Source: Chthonomonadales bacterium
Lineage (GTDB): Bacteria > Armatimonadota > Chthonomonadetes > Chthonomonadales > Chthonomonadaceae
Direction of reading: 5' to 3'
NCBI GenBank assembly: GCA_038217285.1
Contig: JBBQPO010000001.1
Span: forward strand, 22,264-86,263
Length of the DNA stretch: 64,000 bases
The notes beneath the pieces were generated by a model. It was not told the origin of the DNA. It ran no database searches and worked only from the letters and a program-made list of their open reading frames with translations. The position numbers were made by a program, and so were the translations under genes. Below are positions 58,147 through 64,000 of the stretch, in pieces (position 1 is the first letter of the stretch; the number at the start of each line of letters is the position of its first letter).

Positions 58147-58328
58147 TTGACAGGGGCGTTCGTCGCCTGCTATACTCTAAGGAGTGTTGAGGCGCGGTGT
58201 TGCGCTTCCCCTTCGATCCAGTCATTTCCCCGATCGCATTCGGACGGACACAATGTCGTTCCCGTCTTAAGCCAGCGTTCTTTGTCCGACTCCTTCTCAT
58301 GAGGAGGAGGCGAAGGCGTTTTTTGTTT
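58147..58328 (+). promoter_or_regulatory. glnA promoter and structured 5' leader with a terminator-like hairpin
   Basis: TTGACA (58147)-18 bp-TATACT (58171). Stem CTCCTTCTC/GAGGAGGAG with an extended lower stem and TTTTTTGTTT about 40 nt before the ATG. Confidence 0.6.
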
Positions 58329-58368
58329 GGACAAATTCCCCACCCTTTTACAAGGAGACGCGCGTAAC

Positions 58369-59784
58369 ATGACGCCCAAAGACGTTATCGCTCTCGTCAA
58401 AGAGAAGGAAGCGAAAGTCGTAGACATTCGCTTCACCGACCTGTTCGGTCAGCAACAGCACTTCTCGATCCCGGCTTCCGTCCTTGACGAGGACAAGTTT
58501 GCGGAAGGACTGGCCTTCGATGGCTCCTCCATCCGTGGCTTCAAAGCCATCAACGAGTCGGATATGCTGCTCGTTCCCGATCCCAACACCGCCTATATCG
58601 ATCCCTTTACCGATGTCGTGACCCTCAATATCGTCTGTGATATCGAAGAGCCCATGACGCGGGAAGTCTACAGCCGTGACCCCCGCCAGGTGGCGAAGAA
58701 GGCCGAGCAGTATCTCACCAGCACCGGCATCGCGGACACGGCGTACTTCGGCCCCGAAGCGGAGTTCTACATCTTCAACGATGTGCGCTATGATCAGACC
58801 TCCCACTCCGGCTACTACTACCTCGATAGTGACGAAGGCATCTGGAACTCCGGGCGCGATGAGAAGCCGAACCTGGGCTACAAGATCCCGTACAAGCGCG
58901 GCTACTACCCCGTTCCGCCGAACGACAGCCTGCAGGACCTCCGCACTTATATGATGCTCAACCTCATCGAATCCGGTATCGAGGTCGAGATGCAGCACCA
59001 TGAGGTCGGCACGGCGGGCCAGTCCGAAATCGACCTGAAGTTCGACACCCTGCTGGTCATGGCGGACAAACTCCAGAAGTACAAATATATCATCAAGAAC
59101 ACGGCCTTTCAGCATGGCTACACCGTGACCTTCATGCCCAAACCGCTGTTCCAGGACAACGGCTCCGGTATGCACGTCCATCAGTCCCTCTGGAAAGACG
59201 GCAAGCCCCTGTTCTACGACGAGAAGGGCTACGGCCAGCTTTCCGAGATGGCGACCCACTACATCGGCGGCATCCTGAAGCATGCGCCAGCCCTCCTCGC
59301 GATCTGCGCCCCGACCACCAACTCCTACCGTCGGCTGGTTCCCGGCTACGAGGCGCCGATCAACCTGGTCTACTCCGCCCGTAACCGCTCGGCCTGCGTC
59401 CGTATCCCGATGGTCAGCAAGTCGCCGAAGGCCAAGCGCATCGAGTTCCGCGCGCCCGATCCTTCCGCCAACCCCTACCTCTGCTTCGCGGCCCTGCTGA
59501 TGGCCGGCCTGGACGGTATCGAGAACAAGATCATGCCGCCGACCCCTGTCGATAAAGACCTCTACGAGATGCATCCGCATGAGAAGGAAGGCATTCAGCA
59601 GACGCCCGGAACGCTGGAAGAGGCGCTCGCCGCGCTCGCCGCCGACCATGAGTTCCTGCTCAAAGGCGATGTCTTCACCAAAGACATGATCGAAACCTAC
59701 ATCGACTACAAACTGGTCAACGAGACCAAGCAGGTCGCTCTTCGCCCACACCCGTACGAGTTCTTCCTCTACTACGACGTGTGA
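58369..59784 (+). CDS. glnA: Glutamine synthetase type I
   Basis: [61 protein letters not shown]. Confidence 0.98.
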   Translation: MTPKDVIALVKEKEAKVVDIRFTDLFGQQQHFSIPASVLDEDKFAEGLAFDGSSIRGFKAINESDMLLVPDPNTAYIDPFTDVVTLNIVCDIEEPMTREVYSRDPRQVAKKAEQYLTSTGIADTAYFGPEAEFYIFNDVRYDQTSHSGYYYLDSDEGIWNSGRDEKPNLGYKIPYKRGYYPVPPNDSLQDLRTYMMLNLIESGIEVEMQHHEVGTAGQSEIDLKFDTLLVMADKLQKYKYIIKNTAFQHGYTVTFMPKPLFQDNGSGMHVHQSLWKDGKPLFYDEKGYGQLSEMATHYIGGILKHAPALLAICAPTTNSYRRLVPGYEAPINLVYSARNRSACVRIPMVSKSPKAKRIEFRAPDPSANPYLCFAALLMAGLDGIENKIMPPTPVDKDLYEMHPHEKEGIQQTPGTLEEALAALAADHEFLLKGDVFTKDMIETYIDYKLVNETKQVALRPHPYEFFLYYDV

Positions 59785-59801
59785 CACTCTCCCCCGCACC
59801 G

Positions 59802-59841
59802 CAAATCGCCCGCCTCTCTTGTCTGAGAGGCGGGCGATTTG
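59802..59841. terminator. 17-bp hairpin between convergent genes
   Basis: CAAATCGCCCGCCTCTC/GAGAGGCGGGCGATTTG. Confidence 0.8.
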
Positions 59842-59869
59842 TGTTCTGACGCCAGTCCCAAAGGGACGG

Positions 59870-60520
59870 CTATTTTGCGGCTTTAATGGTGAGGGTGACG
59901 GCTTTGGCGGACCATGTCGCGGCGACGCCGGGATCGGCCTCCGCGACGATCAGTGTGACGGGCAAGCCCTGCGACAGCGCGGCGATCAGGGATATCTGGC
60001 CGGGGAGGCCCTGGAAGAGAACGTAGTTGCCAGCGATGGCCGCCGCCAGGGCCGCCTTGGTGGCGGGCTTCGTGAAGGTGGCCTTGCCGAGAAGTTCGCC
60101 GTGCAGAAGGCCGGCCTTCGGGTCGTAAGGGTATTTCAGCGGACTGCCGGGGGTTTTGATATCCGTCTTAGCGTCGGAGGAGATGTAGAACTCTACGCTG
60201 CCGTCCTTTGTGAATGCGGCACTGCTCTGCGTCATATGAAGTGCCACGCCCGTAATCTTGTATTTCCCGGCTCCGAACTTCTTGTCGAGTTCGGCTTTCA
60301 GGGCTTTCGTCTCGAAGCGCAGCACCCCATAGCCCCTATACTTGTCGTGGCTCTTGCCTTCGACATTGAAATAGCGCTCGGCGGTCGGTCCTTGTTTGGG
60401 GCCATCGGCCAGGATCATAGCCGTCTGCGTCGCGAGTACCGGGCTCTGCGCGTGGGCCACGCCGCTGAGGAGAATGCCGCCGAGGAGGGGCAGAAAGGCG
60501 AAACGGGAGAGACACAGCAT
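59870..60520 (-). CDS. Hypothetical secreted protein
   Basis: AAGGAG RBS, signal peptide ending AHA, beta-rich mature region. Confidence 0.7.
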   Translation of the reverse strand: MLCLSRFAFLPLLGGILLSGVAHAQSPVLATQTAMILADGPKQGPTAERYFNVEGKSHDKYRGYGVLRFETKALKAELDKKFGAGKYKITGVALHMTQSSAAFTKDGSVEFYISSDAKTDIKTPGSPLKYPYDPKAGLLHGELLGKATFTKPATKAALAAAIAGNYVLFQGLPGQISLIAALSQGLPVTLIVAEADPGVAATWSAKAVTLTIKAAK

Positions 60521-60558
60521 TGCGGAAACGCTCCTTATCGAACGGGAAGAAGAGGGGA

Positions 60559-61344
60559 CTATTTGCCGAGGAGTTCGCGCACTTTCGCGCCGATGTCGGC
60601 CTCGCGCATCAGCGATTCGCCGACGAGGATCGCGTGTACGTTTGCCGCTTCCAGGGTTTCGACATCCTGGCGCGTAAAGATGCCGCTCTCACTGACGATC
60701 AGGCGGTTCGGATCTGCAGGCAGGGTCGGAAGCAGATCGAGCGTCACGCTCAGGGTCGTGCGAAAGGTGTGCAGGTTGCGGTTGTTGATTCCGATCAGCT
60801 CGGCCCCAGCATCGAGCGCCTCCTGCATCTCCTCCGCATCATGCACCTCTACCAGCGCGGCCAGATCGTACTCCGCAGCCATCTTTATCAGACCGCGCAG
60901 GTCTTGCGGGCAGAGCGCCGCCACGATGAGAAGGATGGCATCGGCTCCCGCCGCGCGGCTCTCGGCGATCTGCCAGGGGTCCACGATGAAATCTTTCCGC
61001 AGCAGAGGCACGGCGACGACTTCCCGAATCAGGTGCAGATAGTCCAGTTTGCCCTGGAAATAGCGCTCGTCGGTCAGTACGGAGAGGCAGGTCGCCCCGT
61101 TCTCCGCATAGGTCTGTGCAATGGCGACCGCATCGAAATCGGCGCGGATCACGCCTTTGGAGGGCGAGGCTTTTTTCAATTCGGCGATCAGCGCCGTTCC
61201 CTGCGCCGCCGCCAGCGCGGCGCGGAAGTCACGGGTCGGCGGCGCGTCCCGTAGGCGTTCCTGCAGGGTCTGCAGGGAGGTGCGCTCTTTTAGGAAGGCC
61301 ACCTCCGTGCGCTTCGTCGCCAGTATTTCGGAGAGAACACTCAT
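60559..61344 (-). CDS. trpC: Indole-3-glycerol phosphate synthase
   Basis: IAELKKASPSKG, SVLTD..YFQG, LRKDF, GINNRNL, VSESGI, LVGESLM. Confidence 0.97.
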   Translation of the reverse strand: MSVLSEILATKRTEVAFLKERTSLQTLQERLRDAPPTRDFRAALAAAQGTALIAELKKASPSKGVIRADFDAVAIAQTYAENGATCLSVLTDERYFQGKLDYLHLIREVVAVPLLRKDFIVDPWQIAESRAAGADAILLIVAALCPQDLRGLIKMAAEYDLAALVEVHDAEEMQEALDAGAELIGINNRNLHTFRTTLSVTLDLLPTLPADPNRLIVSESGIFTRQDVETLEAANVHAILVGESLMREADIGAKVRELLGK

Positions 61345-61361
61345 GGGTTTAAACACACTCC

Positions 61362-62417
61362 TCAGATGGTTTCCTGCAGGGTCAGGCGGCGAGTGAAAGA
61401 GATAAGCTCCTCCAGTTTGGTGAGGGCTGCGCCGGAGGCGAGCAGCGTGCGTGCCTCCTGGATCGCTTCGGGCCACGAAGTCGCCAGACCAGAGACCCGC
61501 AGCGCTGCAGCGGCGTTGACAGCGACCAGATCGATCCGCGCCTGCGTGCATTCGTCACGGGCGACCCCCGTGAGAACCTCCCGCACGATGTCGGCATTGG
61601 CGGTGGCCTCGGGTGCGGGCGCGAGATAGCCACGCATCGGCATCGGCCCCGTCAGTCCCAGATCTTCGCGCGTCAGCGTATAGTTGACGATCTCACCGTC
61701 GCGGAGCTCACTGACGGACGTCGGGCCGAGCGTGGAAATCTCGTCCAGGCCGACTTCGCCGTGCAACACCACGGCGCTCTCACTGCCGAGTTCGCGCAGA
61801 GCGCCGGCGACCAGCGGGCCGAGCGCGGCGGCATAGACGCCCATGACCTGATGGGTGGCCCCCGCCGGATTGGTCAGAGGCCCCAGCAGATTGAAAATGC
61901 TGCGTACGCCGATTTCGCGGCGGGGGCCATTCACCTGGCGCATGGCGGGATGATGCGCCTGCGCGAACAGGAAGCCGATGCCGACCGTCTCGATACAGGC
62001 AGCGCACTGCTCCGCCGTCAGATCGACCCGCACCCCCAGCGCCTCCAGCACATCGGCGCTGCCGCAGATACCCGTGACCGCCCGGTTGCCGTGCTTGGCG
62101 ACCGCAATGCCCGCCGCCGCCGCCACGAACGCCGCCGCTGTCGAGACGTTGAAGGTCCGGAAAAAGCTGCCGCCGGTTCCGCAGGTGTCGAGCAGCGGGC
62201 GTCGGCCCACCTGCACCGGCACGGCCCGCGCCCGCATCCCCTCGGCGAAGCCCGTCACCTCTTCCACGGTTTCGCCCTTCATACGGAGCGCCACCAGGAT
62301 CGCGGCGATCTGCGCCGGGGTCGCTCTCCCGTCCATCAGAATATTGAGCGCTTCTCGGGCCTCTGTGCGCGTGAGATGCTCGCCGCAGACCAGCTTTTGG
62401 ATCACTTCTATGGGCAT
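61362..62417 (-). CDS. trpD: Anthranilate phosphoribosyltransferase
   Basis: DTCGTGG, FNVST, AKHGNR, GSADVLE, FNLLGPLTNP, GLDE. Confidence 0.97.
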   Translation of the reverse strand: MPIEVIQKLVCGEHLTRTEAREALNILMDGRATPAQIAAILVALRMKGETVEEVTGFAEGMRARAVPVQVGRRPLLDTCGTGGSFFRTFNVSTAAAFVAAAAGIAVAKHGNRAVTGICGSADVLEALGVRVDLTAEQCAACIETVGIGFLFAQAHHPAMRQVNGPRREIGVRSIFNLLGPLTNPAGATHQVMGVYAAALGPLVAGALRELGSESAVVLHGEVGLDEISTLGPTSVSELRDGEIVNYTLTREDLGLTGPMPMRGYLAPAPEATANADIVREVLTGVARDECTQARIDLVAVNAAAALRVSGLATSWPEAIQEARTLLASGAALTKLEELISFTRRLTLQETI

Positions 62418-63479
62418 TTAACGGGAACCTTTGGTGGGCGCAGCGGGGGTGACGGGCTCGGTCGACTCGGTCAGTCCCCCGAACGCACTGAAATCGACCG
62501 CGCCAGGGCGCCGATGTGGCTGAGGAGGAGCGGAGGCGGCAGCGACCGCCTGTCCTCCTTTGGCAAAGACACTGTTCGGATCCATTCCAGTCGCCTGAAT
62601 CGCGCTACCGGCCCCCTGCTGGTAGATCGTGACCAGGCCGCCGGTCGTGGCGGCGCTGATGTGGAACAACTGGTTGGTCAGCGCATGCGTCTGATTGACG
62701 GCGCTGCGGCCCGAGGAGATGATCTGCTGAATGAGGCCCGGCTCATCGGCGCGAAGGGCGACCAGGCGATTGCGGGTGGGCAGGGAGAAGACGATATCGC
62801 CCTGAAGCCGTTGAATCACATAGTCCCGGAAACGTTCCATAATGATCCAGGTTGCTGTCAGGTGATCGCCCTCGAACACCAGCCCGACCTCCTCGCCCTT
62901 CGCATTTTTGCGCCCGCCGCCTCCCGCCGTAAGCGCGTTGGTCACGAGGGGCAGGGACGACATATTCATGTTGTTCATCGCCTGCTTCAGCGCCTCTTCG
63001 TAGCCGACATTCCAGCTCTCCAGTGTGCTCTGCGTGACGCCGACGACGGTTCCCGGCAGCTCCCGCATGATGATGACCGAGAGCTCGCCGGCGAACGGCG
63101 CGTAGGGCAGGCTGTCGGGAGGCGTGTTGCGCTGCATGGCGCGATGGGCGCTGGCCAGATACTCGGCGGGTTTGAGCGTGGGACGCAGCGTCATCATCGC
63201 TTCCATCCAGGTGTGATCGGGCACTTCCATCGTCAGGGATTTAACCCAGCGGGTGATCAGCACATCGCGGTCGTTGGGCTTACGGGTGTAGTCGAGGTAG
63301 AGGGTGCGCAGATTGCAGGAGGTGGGGGACTTGCTGTCCTGCATGATGTTGAAGCCAACGTCCGTCGACTCTATCTTCGCTCCCGGCACACTGCGTCGTA
63401 CAGCGAGTCGCACCATATCCCGAAACTCCGGAAAGAGAACGACTTTTTCCTGACCAAGAGAGATACCAAAAAGTTTCAT
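62418..63479 (-). CDS. Hypothetical protein, possibly DUF1444/YtpQ-like
   Basis: AGGA RBS, long ORF abutting trpD. VTQSTLESWNV..EEALKQAMNNM resembles DUF1444-type segments (weak). Confidence 0.6.
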   Translation of the reverse strand: MKLFGISLGQEKVVLFPEFRDMVRLAVRRSVPGAKIESTDVGFNIMQDSKSPTSCNLRTLYLDYTRKPNDRDVLITRWVKSLTMEVPDHTWMEAMMTLRPTLKPAEYLASAHRAMQRNTPPDSLPYAPFAGELSVIIMRELPGTVVGVTQSTLESWNVGYEEALKQAMNNMNMSSLPLVTNALTAGGGGRKNAKGEEVGLVFEGDHLTATWIIMERFRDYVIQRLQGDIVFSLPTRNRLVALRADEPGLIQQIISSGRSAVNQTHALTNQLFHISAATTGGLVTIYQQGAGSAIQATGMDPNSVFAKGGQAVAAASAPPQPHRRPGAVDFSAFGGLTESTEPVTPAAPTKGSR

Positions 63480-64000
63480 CGCTGTCCTCACAGGAGCGCA
63501 CGCAGCCGTGCCTGCCTCGTGTCGAAAAATGGGGTCGGGGAACATTCGAACCTTTCCGATTATACTACCTCATAGAAGGAGAGGAACGCAAATATCGGTC
63601 TGTCCGCAGCAGGGCCGGCGCGGTGGAGCGTCGTACCCGGTTCCTCTCCGAAATCCGCCAGTGTGGGGGCATCGACCCGAGCAACCCTTGTTGTCATCCC
63701 ACGGCAGTTTTGCGATAGGATGCAGAGCCATTCGCGACAGGAACGGTGTTTTTCAGGCAAAAGGCAACTTTTTTTTGCTCTCAGGGCTGCAGGGAACTCT
63801 TTGGCATGATAATTGCTATAGAGAAATGATGAGGAGAGCGTAAAAACTCACAACCGAAGAGAGCCTTGTGCTGTTGAATCGCGCCTAACAGGAATGGAGG
63901 TTCCGGACTCCCTTCCGCACGGTTCCGCCTATCGAGGTTTTCTGCTCAGAGCGGTTTCGTCGGCTGGTTCGGCGGAGCCGCTCTTCGTTTCGAGACCTGC

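Overview
GC-rich bacterial chromosome window. Gene content and style suggest a diderm soil or hot-spring lineage such as Armatimonadota (inference only). The housekeeping backbone comprises alaS, tRNA-Asn(GTT), purD, dnaB, rplI, mlaDFE-like genes, glnA and trpDC. Five accessory blocks interrupt it. (1) A defence island upstream of alaS: a translationally coupled SNF2 helicase-Mod-RhuM-Res (type III R-M-like) operon flanked by a 15-bp imperfect direct repeat, then an AAA/DUF4143 ATPase and a DUF433/PIN toxin-antitoxin pair. (2) A catabolic run with an IorAB-like molybdo-hydroxylase, an MBL hydrolase, an aldo/keto reductase, and an amidohydrolase-fold protein coupled to a Rieske ferredoxin. (3) A candidate nitrosative-stress or N-oxide module: ric under a 30-bp palindromic operator, then 4Fe-4S, Rieske, small membrane protein, SLAC1/TDT anion channel, NarI-like cytochrome b and a Nas/Nap-type Mo enzyme. 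(4) A deletion-fused Gfo/Idh/MocA-nitrilase pseudogene, PhyH and GH44. (5) An ECF sigma/ZAS anti-sigma operon with a stand-alone double-STN protein. A family of GTAG-REP-like palindromes occurs at three intergenic sites. No CRISPR array, integrase or transposase was seen. Family assignments come from motif recognition by eye, not database searches.
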